Shown here: positions 18,731-28,360 of the stretch, piece by piece
Layout: each line of letters begins with the position of its first letter
Numbering within the stretch: the first letter of the stretch is position 1
From: an uncultured Nitrososphaerales archaeon
Lineage (GTDB): Archaea > Thermoproteota > Nitrososphaeria > Conexivisphaerales > DTJL01
NCBI GenBank assembly: GCA_964475215.1
Contig: CAYYVT010000106.1
Span: 1,078-65,077 of the forward strand
Direction: 5' to 3'
DNA length: 64,000 nt
Program-made: the position numbers and the translations under genes
Notes under the pieces: model-generated
Databases searched by the model: none
What the model was told of the DNA's origin: nothing
What the model saw: only the letters and a program-made list of their open reading frames with translations

Positions 18731-18853
18731 TCATCGCACCAGAGTCAGATAATAGTATAGGCCTAATGCGAACACCACGACCAACACGACGATGGCGGCC
18801 ACGACAGTGCCTCTTGCTATCGATCGCTTCCTGCCACCAGCAAGGAGGGACAT
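18731..18853 (-). CDS. Possible 40-aa single-TM micro-protein
   Basis: Below the track threshold. Manual translation gives MSLLAGGRKRSIARGTVVAAIVVLVVVFALGLYYYLTLVR*. It lies downstream of cdd on the same strand. There is no further support. Confidence 0.25.
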   Translation of the reverse strand: MSLLAGGRKRSIARGTVVAAIVVLVVVFALGLYYYLTLVR

Positions 18854-18949
18854 TCGGACTTCTAATAGACATCAGCCGATTATGTCATATAAGCAATTCG
18901 CGGCGTGCGATTCTCAACAGTTGGTCTCAGCCTCCTTTCGGAATCGTGA

Positions 18950-19387
18950 TTACTTCTCCAGAGAAAACGCCTTCGGAAGGAGGTCGGCGAGCAGATGACG
19001 ACCTACCCTCCCCTTCGGACCTGCGACTACTACGATCATTTCATGGGCAAATTCGCTCAGGAACTGGCGGCAGGCCCCGCACGGGTAAGTCCACCCCTCG
19101 AGGCTTGAAACGACAGCTATAGCTTCAAAGCTCTTCGCTCCAGCCGACACGGCCTTCACGGCGGCCGTGCGCTCGGCGCATATGGTGAGCCCGTAGGAGG
19201 AGTTTTCGACGTTGCATCCGGAGAAGATCCTGCCGTCGGATGTCAAGATCGCGGCGCCGACTTTGACCTTGGAGAAGGGCGAATAGGCTTCTTTTGCCGC
19301 CTTTCGGGCCTCCCGGATGAGAGATCCTTCCGTCCTCCTGTCCAGTTCCCTCACACCAGCCTTCTGCCCACTGCAGCTAATTAACAT
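18950..19387 (-). CDS. cdd: Cytidine deaminase
   Basis: 145 aa. The zinc motifs are CAERTA and PCGACRQFLSEF. Confidence 0.85.
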   Translation of the reverse strand: MLISCSGQKAGVRELDRRTEGSLIREARKAAKEAYSPFSKVKVGAAILTSDGRIFSGCNVENSSYGLTICAERTAAVKAVSAGAKSFEAIAVVSSLEGWTYPCGACRQFLSEFAHEMIVVVAGPKGRVGRHLLADLLPKAFSLEK

Positions 19388-19399
19388 GCCATTGGGCTG

Positions 19400-21412
19400 C
19401 TATATCGCGTCCGCCACCAGCTCCGATAGGTCCTTCACTTCCAGTTGACCTTCGATCCCTTCGGCCTTAGCGGCGTCCTCCAGCATCGCCGTGCAATAAG
19501 GGCATTCGACGGCAAGCACTCGAGCTCCGGTCGCCTTAGCCTCTTCAAGCCGCAGCTTGGAGACAGGCCTCTTCTCGTAGACCTTGTACCAGTAGTTCGC
19601 TCCGCCCGCACCGCAGCAGAACGTCCTGGCGCCGCTGTTCTCCATCTCCACCAGCTCAACCCCTGGAAGGGCCTCCATGACCTTCCTTGGCTCCTTGATC
19701 ATCCCGTTCCCTCTGGCTACAAAACACGCGTCATGGAGCGTCGCCTTCAGGTTAAGCGGCTTGGAGAGCTTCAGCTTCCCCTCCATCAAAAGCTTGGACA
19801 CGAGGTCGGAGTGATGGAGGACTTCGAAGTTGCCCCCGAGGTCGGGGTACTCGTTCTTGAGGGTGTTGAAGCAGTGAGGGCAGTGCGTCACGATCTTCTT
19901 GGCCCCCACACCCTTGAGGGTTTCGATGTTCTGCAGGGCCAACTCCTGGAACCTCCCCTCTTCACCTAGGCGACGAAGCGGGTCCCCCGTGCACTTCTCC
20001 TTGGATCCGAGGATCACGTACCTGACCCCAGCCTCCTCCATTATCCTTACCATGCTCTTGGCGATCCTCCTTGCCCTGGCGTCGAAGCTGGCAGCGCACC
20101 CCACCCAGTACACGTATTCGAACTCGACTCCGTCAGCGTACCCCTTCCCTCCTATTTCAGCAAGGGCGGAGTCCCTGTCGGAGGGAGGAAGACCGTAGGG
20201 GTTGCTGTAGTTGGCTTCGTTCAGCAACAGCCTGTTCTTGTAGTCGTCCAGCCGATTCGCCGCGACGATCGTCCTCCTAAAGTCCATTATGAAGTCCAGC
20301 TGGTTGATGTAGACCGGGCATTCGTAGACGCAGGCGTTGCAGCTGGTACAGGCCCAAAGTTCATCATCGTTGACGGTTCCCGTTTCGAAGGCTCCCAGCT
20401 TCCCGCCCGCCGACACCTGGGCTAGCATGAACTTGTCCACGTCCTGGACGAGCTTCCTAGGGCTCAGCGGCCTCTCGGCCGCATAGGCAGGGCAGACGGC
20501 CTCACACCGCCCACAGTTGGTGCAGCTGTCCAGCATCACCCTCCGGTGCCACGGAAGGTCCTCGGCCTTGTCTATCCCCACCTTGACGTCGAAGTTCCCT
20601 GACTCCATCATCAGCTGAAGGTTGAATGGGGCGTCCATCTTCCCAAGGGGCTTCTTCTCGGCCACCAACATGTTCAGGCCTGATGCCGGGATATGGTAGA
20701 GGGTGGAGTAGGGGATCGAGGCGACCATGGCGAAGGCGACGAAGGCATGCCCCATCCACAGGGTCCTGTAGATTCCTACTGAGAGTGAATAGTTCGTCAA
20801 GTAGGGGGCGAGGAGGAGCGATAGGGGATGTCCCACGACCGACCAATTCCCCCATGGGACGCCGGTCAGCGCCAGGCGAATCGCCTCCAGGAAGAACCCC
20901 GTCACGCCCATGTAGAGCAGGCCCAGGAGTATGACGTAGTCTCCTCTCGCGCTATGCTGATAGGCCGGCCTCAACGCGAGCCTTCTGAAGAGGGCGAAGA
21001 GGATGCCTGCGACGAAGAGAACGCCGAAGATATCGAGGAAGAGCTTGTAGTAAAGGTAGAAGTCACCCTGGAGCAGCTTTATTCTGAACGGCTTGAGCAG
21101 GTCCGAGTCGAAGAACACGAGGGTCGTGCCGATGAAGAGCACCACCGTCCCGTAGAAGATCATGAAATGGATAACCCCACCCTGACGCCGCTGGGCCAAC
21201 TTCTTCTGGAGTAGGCCCCCGGCGGCGAACGTCTTCAAATTCCCTCCAGCTGCCGCCCGCAGCCCGTCCCATGCCTGCCTGATTCCGTAGAGCCTGAACC
21301 TCCTGTAGAAGAGGTAGAGAGCTATCAGGGCCGCCACGGAGAAGCTCGCGTAAAGGAAAGTGACCTGCCACGCTGGTATGAACACGAAGTTGTCTCTGAA
21401 GGGGACGGTCAA
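19400..21412 (-). CDS. Membrane-anchored Fe-S oxidoreductase: N-terminal multi-TM (DsrM/NarI/HdrE-like) domain fused to an HdrD/DsrK/GlpC-like module (2x[4Fe-4S] plus 2 CCG domains)
   Basis: 670 aa. About 6 hydrophobic helices carrying conserved His fill the first ~250 aa. Ferredoxin motifs CTNCGRCEAVCP and CTSCNACVYECP follow. The two cysteine-rich CCG repeats are WVGCAASF...CTGD...HCPHC and HDACF...FCCGAGG...ECPYC. Confidence 0.8.
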   Translation of the reverse strand: MTVPFRDNFVFIPAWQVTFLYASFSVAALIALYLFYRRFRLYGIRQAWDGLRAAAGGNLKTFAAGGLLQKKLAQRRQGGVIHFMIFYGTVVLFIGTTLVFFDSDLLKPFRIKLLQGDFYLYYKLFLDIFGVLFVAGILFALFRRLALRPAYQHSARGDYVILLGLLYMGVTGFFLEAIRLALTGVPWGNWSVVGHPLSLLLAPYLTNYSLSVGIYRTLWMGHAFVAFAMVASIPYSTLYHIPASGLNMLVAEKKPLGKMDAPFNLQLMMESGNFDVKVGIDKAEDLPWHRRVMLDSCTNCGRCEAVCPAYAAERPLSPRKLVQDVDKFMLAQVSAGGKLGAFETGTVNDDELWACTSCNACVYECPVYINQLDFIMDFRRTIVAANRLDDYKNRLLLNEANYSNPYGLPPSDRDSALAEIGGKGYADGVEFEYVYWVGCAASFDARARRIAKSMVRIMEEAGVRYVILGSKEKCTGDPLRRLGEEGRFQELALQNIETLKGVGAKKIVTHCPHCFNTLKNEYPDLGGNFEVLHHSDLVSKLLMEGKLKLSKPLNLKATLHDACFVARGNGMIKEPRKVMEALPGVELVEMENSGARTFCCGAGGANYWYKVYEKRPVSKLRLEEAKATGARVLAVECPYCTAMLEDAAKAEGIEGQLEVKDLSELVADAI

Positions 21413-21528
21413 GCGGTGAATCCATGACTTCTGGACGCTTTAATGGTTTGGTCCTGCGTCCGGAGAGGAGCCACCAAGAGGCCTCGCGCGGCACAAAGTC
21501 TAAATGCGCAACTTCGCTAATCGGGACC

Positions 21529-21864
21529 ATGGCTACTGACGAGCTTCTGGAGAGGATAAGGTCCATCGCCCGGACCAATTATCCGAACATGAAGGACAAG
21601 CTTTCAGCGGTCGAGCAGGTGTTCGTCCTACAGCTAAGCGACGGCGGCTCCTACGTGATTCGGGCAAGCAGCGCCTCAATCGACGTCGAGCCAGGAACAC
21701 ACCCCAGTCCAACCGCTACCCTGACGATGTCCTCCGGAGACCTGAAGTCCATCCTGGATGGCCAATTGGACGCCACCAAGGCCTTCTTTCAGGGGAAGAT
21801 GCAGATCAAGGGGGACATCTTCAAGACGATGGCCCTCAACTCCCTGTTGAAGGGTGCGGCCTAG
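21529..21864 (+). CDS. SCP2 sterol/lipid-carrier domain protein
   Basis: MATDELLERIRSIART...LTMSSGDLKSILDGQLDATKAFFQGKMQIKGDIFKTMALNSLL is a typical SCP2 C-terminal pattern. I chose the start at ATG 21529 over the track start at 21424. Confidence 0.75.
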   Translation: MATDELLERIRSIARTNYPNMKDKLSAVEQVFVLQLSDGGSYVIRASSASIDVEPGTHPSPTATLTMSSGDLKSILDGQLDATKAFFQGKMQIKGDIFKTMALNSLLKGAA

Positions 21865-21867
21865 TGG

Positions 21868-23856
21868 TTGGTCCTGCCCTTCGAACACATCCATAGGATA
21901 GCCGTCCTCGGCGCCGGCACCATGGGGCACGGCATCGCAGAGGTCTCCGCCATCGCCGGTTACGACGTCGTAGTCAGCGACTTGGACCAGCGGTTCCTCG
22001 ACGGCGGCATGGAGAAGATCAAACGGAGCGTCAAGAAGCTTGCCGAGAAGGGCACCCTGAAGGAGTCCGAGAACGCCATACTTTCGCGCATATCCTACAC
22101 CACCAGCCTCCAAGACGCCGTCGAATCCGCCGACATGGTGATCGAGGCCATCCCCGAGGACGCCGATCTCAAGCGCGCTGTGTACGCCGAACTAGGCAGG
22201 CTCGCCGGTCCCGACTGTATCTTGGCCACGAACACCAGCAGCATCCCCATAACGGAGATTGCAGCAGGCGTCGCGAACCCGACCAGGGTCGTGGGCCTGC
22301 ACTTCTTCAACCCCGTCGTCATCATGAAGCTGGTGGAGGTCATCGAAGGGGATGAAACAAGCAAGGCGACGGTCGACTCCGTCGTGGCCTTCTCCAAGAA
22401 GGTGGGGAAGGAGGTGGTCGTGGTCCACCAGGATATCCCTGGCTTCATCGTGAACAGGATTCTAGTCCGTTTTATGGCCATCTCCAGCATGTTCGTTCAA
22501 CTCAAGTTCGCAACCATGACGGAAGTGGACTCGGGCCTGAAGTACAAGGCTGGCCTCCCAATGGGGGCCTTCGAGCTGGCTGATTACATAGGCGTCGACG
22601 TGCTCCTAGACGTCGAAAAGGCCCTCGCCCGTCGGGGCTACGAAATCGACCCGAGCCCCCTCTTCGAAGAGAGAGTTGCTTCGAAGGCCCTTGGAGTCAA
22701 GTCTGGCAAAGGATTCTATTCCTACTCTGCTGGAGAGCCCCGGGCCCACATCCCTGCTGACCTTGCTGATAAGGTCAACTTCGTCGACCTACTCTCCCCG
22801 GCAATCAATGAGGCAGCATTGCTCGTCTCCCAGCACATCGCCACCGCAGAGGACGTGGACAAGGCACTCGTGCTAGGCCTGGGATTCCCCAAAGGCCTTC
22901 TGAAGATGGCCGATGAATGGGGACTGGACGTCGTCGAGGAATCGCTGAAATCCCTTTACCTGATGATGTCCAAGGAGTGGCTTGTCCCCTGCGAATACCT
23001 CTCAAGTCTGGTCTCAGGAGGCCACCTGGGCGTTAAGACCGGGAGAGGTTTCTTTGACTATTCTTCCACCAAGGACGCTGGTGCCGGAACGATCAAGGAG
23101 GCGAAGAACGGGAGCGTCCTCTACCTTACCCTGAGCCGTCCCGAGAAGCTTAACGCGATCAATCCTGAGACGCTCAGCGACCTCGCCGACAAGTTGGAGG
23201 CGGCAAAGAGCGACCCTGGAGTGCGCGTAATAGTGTTGAAGGGGGAAGGTCGCGCCTTCAGCGTAGGCTTTGACCTCGCCACCTTCGGGGCCGATACGTC
23301 TCCGGACCGCGTGCTCGGCCTTGTCCGCCGGTTTCACTCCGTGAACTCCCAGATTGAAGGCCTCCCTAAGCCGGTCATCGCGTCGATGCATGGATATGCA
23401 CTGGGAGGAGGGCTTGAGCTGGCCTTAGCTTGCGACATCAGGCTTGCCTCTGCCACCTCTAAGCTCGGCCAGACAGAGATCAACCTCGGGTTCATCCCAG
23501 GGGCCGGAGGCACCCAGAGGGTCACCCGTCTTGTCGGACCGGGGAGGGCCAAGAAGCTGATCATGTCAGGGGAGACGATCAGCGCGAAGGAGGCGGAACG
23601 GATAGGCCTTGTCGACGCCGTCTTCGACGACTCGAAGCTCGACGAGCTGGTGGAGGCCTTCGCGTCCTCCCTAGCAGAGAAGCCTCCTCTGGCCATCGCT
23701 GCGGCCAAGAAGGCAATCAACGCCGCGACCTACCCGATCACGGAAGGCTCGGAGATCGAGGCCAAGAGCTTCGCATCGCTCTTCGCCACCCAGGACGTAA
23801 AGGAAGGGCTCTCTGCCTTCTTCGAGAAGCGCAAGCCGAGCTTCAAGGGCAAGTAA
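21868..23856 (+). CDS. Bifunctional 3-hydroxyacyl-CoA dehydrogenase / enoyl-CoA hydratase (HADH N-terminal, crotonase C-terminal)
   Basis: 662 aa. The NAD Rossmann motif is IAVLGAGTMGHGIA, with HFFNP present, and the C-terminal crotonase fold carries GYALGGGLELALACD. It has a TTG start. Confidence 0.9.
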   Translation: MVLPFEHIHRIAVLGAGTMGHGIAEVSAIAGYDVVVSDLDQRFLDGGMEKIKRSVKKLAEKGTLKESENAILSRISYTTSLQDAVESADMVIEAIPEDADLKRAVYAELGRLAGPDCILATNTSSIPITEIAAGVANPTRVVGLHFFNPVVIMKLVEVIEGDETSKATVDSVVAFSKKVGKEVVVVHQDIPGFIVNRILVRFMAISSMFVQLKFATMTEVDSGLKYKAGLPMGAFELADYIGVDVLLDVEKALARRGYEIDPSPLFEERVASKALGVKSGKGFYSYSAGEPRAHIPADLADKVNFVDLLSPAINEAALLVSQHIATAEDVDKALVLGLGFPKGLLKMADEWGLDVVEESLKSLYLMMSKEWLVPCEYLSSLVSGGHLGVKTGRGFFDYSSTKDAGAGTIKEAKNGSVLYLTLSRPEKLNAINPETLSDLADKLEAAKSDPGVRVIVLKGEGRAFSVGFDLATFGADTSPDRVLGLVRRFHSVNSQIEGLPKPVIASMHGYALGGGLELALACDIRLASATSKLGQTEINLGFIPGAGGTQRVTRLVGPGRAKKLIMSGETISAKEAERIGLVDAVFDDSKLDELVEAFASSLAEKPPLAIAAAKKAINAATYPITEGSEIEAKSFASLFATQDVKEGLSAFFEKRKPSFKGK

Positions 23857-24387
23857 CTAGGCGGATTCGAACCAGTAGGTACAGACCCCATCCTCCCGCC
23901 TTCTGTCAACCACCAGCTTCAACTTCATGCCTACACGTATCTTGCTTGGTTCCATCCCCTTCATCCAGGCCAGCACATTTAGCCCCTCGGGAAGCCTGCC
24001 AATCGCAACGACATAGTCACCGTAAGGCGCAAAGCTGAAGGGTTTGACGTTGATAACGGTGTATGCAAGCAGCACCGCCCCCGTGCTGAGCGGAACGTAT
24101 TCGACCTGGGAGGCCTTGCAGGCCGAGCAGTCCGCCTGTGGAGGGAAGTAGACGGCGCCGCACTTGGTGCACTTGGTCGCCGTAAGCGTCCCACTCTTCA
24201 ACGCATCGAAGAAAGGCTCGATCTTCCCTATGGGTATCAGGAACTTAAGCGGAAGATCCCTAGAGCTCACATACAGAGGGTCTGACGTCTTGGCGTCAGG
24301 CAGGAGGGGAAGCCCCGTGGCATCGACCGCCTTTCTCGCGTCTTCGATGAGCTTCCTATTGGCGTCCAATGCAGAGGGGGCGGACAC
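23857..24387 (-). CDS. DUF35 Zn-ribbon/OB-fold protein (partner of archaeal thiolase)
   Basis: 176 aa. The rubredoxin-like knuckle is CTKCGAVYFPPQADCSACKAS, followed by an OB fold. A GTG start abuts the thiolase stop directly. Confidence 0.85.
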   Translation of the reverse strand: MSAPSALDANRKLIEDARKAVDATGLPLLPDAKTSDPLYVSSRDLPLKFLIPIGKIEPFFDALKSGTLTATKCTKCGAVYFPPQADCSACKASQVEYVPLSTGAVLLAYTVINVKPFSFAPYGDYVVAIGRLPEGLNVLAWMKGMEPSKIRVGMKLKLVVDRRREDGVCTYWFESA

Positions 24388-25569
24388 CTACATCGCCCCC
24401 CTGTCCAGAGAGAGGGTGGTCACATAGGCGTAGTGGCCCGTCCCTCCTATGTTATGAGCCAGGGCCCACCCCTTCCGTATGTCGGCCTGCCTCTGGCCCC
24501 CGATCTCCTGGAGGAGCTGCCGCTTTAACTCTGAAAGCATGGCCAGTCCCGTCGCGCCAATCGGATGGCCCTTGGCCTTGAGTCCCCCGCTTAGGTTCGC
24601 CGGGAATGAGCCACCCTTGTATGTCTGGTGATTCTTAGCCATCTCGAAGCCCTTGCCCCTCTCCGCGATGCCCATGTCTTCGTATGCGAGCAGCTCGGCT
24701 ATCGTAAAGCAGTCGTGCACCTCTGCGACGTCGAAAGCCGTCCTCGGGTCGGCGATGCCTGCCTTTGAGAACGCCTTCTGCGACGCGACCCGCGCTGCCT
24801 CCAAGCTGAGGAAGTCGCTCCTCTTGCTCAGGTTCGCCGTCCCCGAGCTGACGCCTATGGAACGAATCCAGACGGGGTCTTTTACGAACTCCTTTGCCTT
24901 CTTTGCGTTGGCGAATATTACCGCAGCGCTTCCATCGGTTATCGGGCTAGAGTCTAGAAGCTTCAGAGGCCAGGCGACGTACTTCGACTTCATCACCTCT
25001 TCGACCGTCACAGGCTTCTGAAAATGGGCCTTGGGGTTGAAGGAGCCGTAGAAGTGGTTCTTCACTGCGACCTCTGCAAGATCCTCTTCTTTGGCACCGT
25101 ACCTGTCCATGTAAGCCGTCGCGTACAGGGCGTAGTAGCCCGGAAAGGTGAGCCCAAAGTTCTCAAATTCCCAGAAGTAGTTGCCCGCCCTCCCAATGAA
25201 TTCGACCGTCGTCGGCATTGGAGATTCGCTCATCTTCTCGACTCCTATCGCCGCCGCCACGTCGGCCTGTCCGCTGCTCACTGCGAGGTAGGACTGAAAC
25301 GCCGCAGCGCTGCCGGAGGCGCAGGCGGCCTCGACCTTCATGGTGGGCTTCGAGGCAAGGCCGCAATATTCACCCACGACCACTGCCGGCAGGAATTCAC
25401 TGCTCCAACCTCCTAGGCTCGAAACCACGAACTGGTCGATATCTTTCTGGGTTACGCCCGAGTCGTCCAGGGCCTCCTTGAAGGACTCCCAGGCTAGCTC
25501 ATCTATTCTTGCATCCGTCCGCTTTCCGAACCGGCTCGTGCCAACGCCAATGACTGCTACTGGTTCCAT
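24388..25569 (-). CDS. Thiolase (acetyl-CoA C-acyltransferase, SCP-x/archaeal type)
   Basis: 393 aa. The active-site Cys context is VEAACASGSAA, with C-terminal GGLKAKGHPIGATG and HNIGGTG. Confidence 0.9.
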   Translation of the reverse strand: MEPVAVIGVGTSRFGKRTDARIDELAWESFKEALDDSGVTQKDIDQFVVSSLGGWSSEFLPAVVVGEYCGLASKPTMKVEAACASGSAAAFQSYLAVSSGQADVAAAIGVEKMSESPMPTTVEFIGRAGNYFWEFENFGLTFPGYYALYATAYMDRYGAKEEDLAEVAVKNHFYGSFNPKAHFQKPVTVEEVMKSKYVAWPLKLLDSSPITDGSAAVIFANAKKAKEFVKDPVWIRSIGVSSGTANLSKRSDFLSLEAARVASQKAFSKAGIADPRTAFDVAEVHDCFTIAELLAYEDMGIAERGKGFEMAKNHQTYKGGSFPANLSGGLKAKGHPIGATGLAMLSELKRQLLQEIGGQRQADIRKGWALAHNIGGTGHYAYVTTLSLDRGAM

Positions 25570-25624
25570 CGCTAGGTCATCTTCGGTGAAACGACGGCCT
25601 CAGAATATTAAGGCGTTTTGCGAC

Positions 25625-27325
25625 TTATTGCTCTCGAAGTTTCCTTCGCACGATCTTCCCCACTAGGGTGGTCGGGAGCTCATCCCTAATCTCCACCTCC
25701 CGGGGGATCTTATGCTTCGTGAGCTTATCCTTGACGAATTCCCTGATATCGTTCCCCGTGACCTTTCCCTTGTATTCGTCCTTGAGGACCACGTAGAGCT
25801 TGGGCACTTCGCCGTAGAAGCTGTCGCTGACACCGATTGCCGCCGCCAACTTGACCGCTGGGTTCTGATAGGCGACCTCTTCGACCTCCCTTGGCCAGAC
25901 CTTCAGTCCGCCCACGTTTATCATGTCCTTCTTGCGGTCGACGATGAAGAAGTATCCGTCCTCGTCCATGTATGCGATGTCTCCGGTGTAGAGCCAGCCA
26001 TCCCTGAAGGTATTCTTAGTCTCAGCCTCCCTGTTCCAGTATCCCTTCCCCACCTGCGGCCCACTGATCGCCAGCTCCCCTGTCTCCCCCACTGCCATCT
26101 GCTTCTTCCCCGTCTCCATATCCATCACCTTGGCGTCCGTATCCATGATGGGAACTCCGATGGAGCCGTACTTTATGTGCGAAGGATCGTCCATCGGGTT
26201 AACGTGTGTTACGGGGGAGGCCTCCGAGAGGCCGTAGCCTTCCACTATGATGCCACCCGTGGCGGCCGACCAGGCCTTCGCCACTTCGACGGGCAGGGGC
26301 GCCGCCCCCGACACGCAGTACCTGATGGACTTCAGGGAATCCTTGTACTTCTCCAGGTGAGGAGAGCTGAGCAGGGCTATGTACATCGAGAACACGCCAG
26401 GGTAGTAGGTCGGCCTGTACTTCTCGATGGCCTTGAAGACATCTTCGGTGGAGAACTTGGGGAGGACGATGGCCTTGCAGCCGGCGGTTACGGTGTTGTC
26501 CAAGCCTACGCTGAGCCCATAAACGTGGAACCATGGGAGGGCGTCGAGGACGACGTCGTCGGGATTCATGTCGCACCACTTCTGAATCATGACCGCATTC
26601 GACACTATGTTCCTGTTCGTAAGGACGGCCGCCTTGGGCTCCCCCGTCGTCCCGCCGGTATACATGAACACGGCAGGGTCATCAACCGGATTCACCGTGA
26701 CTTCAGGGGACGCCCCGTCGTTATCCATGACCTCCTTCAGCGTCATGTTCTTCTCCGAACGGGTGACCTCTCCCGAGGGAACCTTCCTCAACATCCTGCC
26801 CAAAACTGCAACGACAGGTGGCATATAATCCGAGATCCGCGAGACGACGATCTTCTGGACCGCGGTCCCTTCGACTCCGCCCCTGGCGGCCTGATAGAAC
26901 ATGTCCAGGGTGAAGATGACCTTTGCTTCGGAGTCGGCCAGCACAGCCTTGACCTCCCTGGGCGTGTAAAGCGGGTTTATCGGAACGATCACCGCGCCTA
27001 GCCTGTTGATTCCGAAGAAGACAAAGGCGAACTGAGGGCAGTTCGGCATCATCAGGCCGACCCGGTCCCCCTTCTTGACGCCCATCTTCGCTAGGCCGCT
27101 TGCCACTCTCTTCGATCGCAGAGATGTCTCGGCGAACGTGACCTCCCTGCCGTAGAAGACGAACTGGACCCCCTTCGGCCTGGAGGTCGCCATCTGGTCC
27201 AGAAGCTGAGAGATCGTCGCGTCAGGATAGTCGATGTGTGCAGGGACGCCCTTGGGCCAGTGCAGAAGCCACGGCCGCTCCGCCAGCCTGGAACTCCCTA
27301 GGCTCGCATCCTGTGGCATGGCCAT
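25625..27325 (-). CDS. Long/medium-chain fatty acid-CoA ligase (AMP-forming)
   Basis: 566 aa. The AMP-binding motifs are YTGGTTGEPKAAVLTNRN, GYGLSE, TGDIAYMDEDGYFFIVDRKKD and GKI.RR. Confidence 0.9.
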   Translation of the reverse strand: MAMPQDASLGSSRLAERPWLLHWPKGVPAHIDYPDATISQLLDQMATSRPKGVQFVFYGREVTFAETSLRSKRVASGLAKMGVKKGDRVGLMMPNCPQFAFVFFGINRLGAVIVPINPLYTPREVKAVLADSEAKVIFTLDMFYQAARGGVEGTAVQKIVVSRISDYMPPVVAVLGRMLRKVPSGEVTRSEKNMTLKEVMDNDGASPEVTVNPVDDPAVFMYTGGTTGEPKAAVLTNRNIVSNAVMIQKWCDMNPDDVVLDALPWFHVYGLSVGLDNTVTAGCKAIVLPKFSTEDVFKAIEKYRPTYYPGVFSMYIALLSSPHLEKYKDSLKSIRYCVSGAAPLPVEVAKAWSAATGGIIVEGYGLSEASPVTHVNPMDDPSHIKYGSIGVPIMDTDAKVMDMETGKKQMAVGETGELAISGPQVGKGYWNREAETKNTFRDGWLYTGDIAYMDEDGYFFIVDRKKDMINVGGLKVWPREVEEVAYQNPAVKLAAAIGVSDSFYGEVPKLYVVLKDEYKGKVTGNDIREFVKDKLTKHKIPREVEIRDELPTTLVGKIVRRKLREQ

Positions 27326-27399
27326 ACCCGTCCACTTTGACTACGAACACGCAAAAAAGGGTATCCCCACGAATGTCTTTCCGAGTTTCGCAACTGAAA

Positions 27400-28359
27400 T
27401 CATCTGCCCCTTGTGGCCACAAGCTGGCGCTGCATCTCGGGAACTACCTGGTAGAGGTCTCCGACGATGCCGTAGTCAGCATTTGCAAATATCGGGGCTC
27501 CCTTGTCCGTGTTGACGGCAACGATGGTCCCGGCCTCCTTGACGCCGGCCAGATGCTGAAGCTGGCCTGAGATCCCCACGGCGACGTAGAGCTTTGGCTT
27601 GACCTCAAGTCCAGTGAGTCCGATATGCGCCTCCTCCGGGAGCCACCCCAGGTCCGCCGACAGGGGCCTCGAGCAGCCCACAGACGCGCCCATGGCGTCA
27701 GCCAGCCCGCTTATCATCTGCAGGTCCTCCTTCTTCTTGAGCCCCCTCCCCACGGAAACGATCTTCTCGGCCCTCGTCAAGTCCATGCTGCTGACCGGCC
27801 TTTCCCTCACTTCGATCATCGAGGTCGTCAGTACCGGAGATATGGAGGACTCTATGACCTTCCCTGCCGCGCCAGAGGGGATGGCCTTCGGATAGGCCCT
27901 CGCCTTGACGCAGGCGACGACATACTTTCCGGAGAGAGCTGCTCTGGTCCTGACCCTTCCGCCGTAGCTGGGCCTCTCCACGATGAGATCCATGCCTGAA
28001 AGTTGAACGGAGGAGCAGTCAGAGGCGGCCGATGCTCCCAACATGGCAGCCAGCCTTCCCGCCACGACCTTGCCGTCCTTCGTTGAGCCTACCAACACAT
28101 ACGCAGATGGGTGCGCGGCCGCAACCTGGGCGACTGCCTGGGCTGAGGCCTCTGGGTAGTCCCTCAGGGTGGCGGGCGCCCGGTAAAGGTAGACCTCAGA
28201 AACCCCCTCGGAGGCGAGCGAGGAGGCCGTCCCCGCCTTGTCGTCGCCCATCACCACGCCGAAGCTTCCGCCTCCCGCTTGAGCGGCCAGCGTTGACGAT
28301 AGCCCCGCAAGTTCGTGGAGGAGGTCGTCATCCTCTGAGTAGAACACGATGTCGGCCAA
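27400..28359 (-). CDS. etfA: Electron transfer flavoprotein, alpha subunit
   Basis: 319 aa. The C-terminal FAD-binding signature is PKLYVAVGISGQLQHLAGVKEAGTIVAVNTDKGAPIF. Confidence 0.9.
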   Translation of the reverse strand: MADIVFYSEDDDLLHELAGLSSTLAAQAGGGSFGVVMGDDKAGTASSLASEGVSEVYLYRAPATLRDYPEASAQAVAQVAAAHPSAYVLVGSTKDGKVVAGRLAAMLGASAASDCSSVQLSGMDLIVERPSYGGRVRTRAALSGKYVVACVKARAYPKAIPSGAAGKVIESSISPVLTTSMIEVRERPVSSMDLTRAEKIVSVGRGLKKKEDLQMISGLADAMGASVGCSRPLSADLGWLPEEAHIGLTGLEVKPKLYVAVGISGQLQHLAGVKEAGTIVAVNTDKGAPIFANADYGIVGDLYQVVPEMQRQLVATRGR

Positions 28360-28360
28360 T

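Noticed and set aside
23857-23885. ggcggattcgaaccagtagg resembles a tRNA T-arm (GGATTCGAACC).
   Set aside because: There is no complementary acceptor, D or anticodon structure around it. It is the C-terminal coding sequence of the DUF35 gene (...YWFESA).
25712-27001. Very long antisense ORF (429 aa) opposite the acyl-CoA ligase gene. There are many similar antisense or overlapping ORFs, for example 641-1039, 4863-5462, 15387-16064, 29622-30371, 34281-35033 and 47297-48013.
   Set aside because: Their translations are low-complexity and Arg/Pro/Gly/His-rich, as expected from the stop-poor alternative frames of GC-rich coding DNA. The opposite strand carries clear family motifs in every case.
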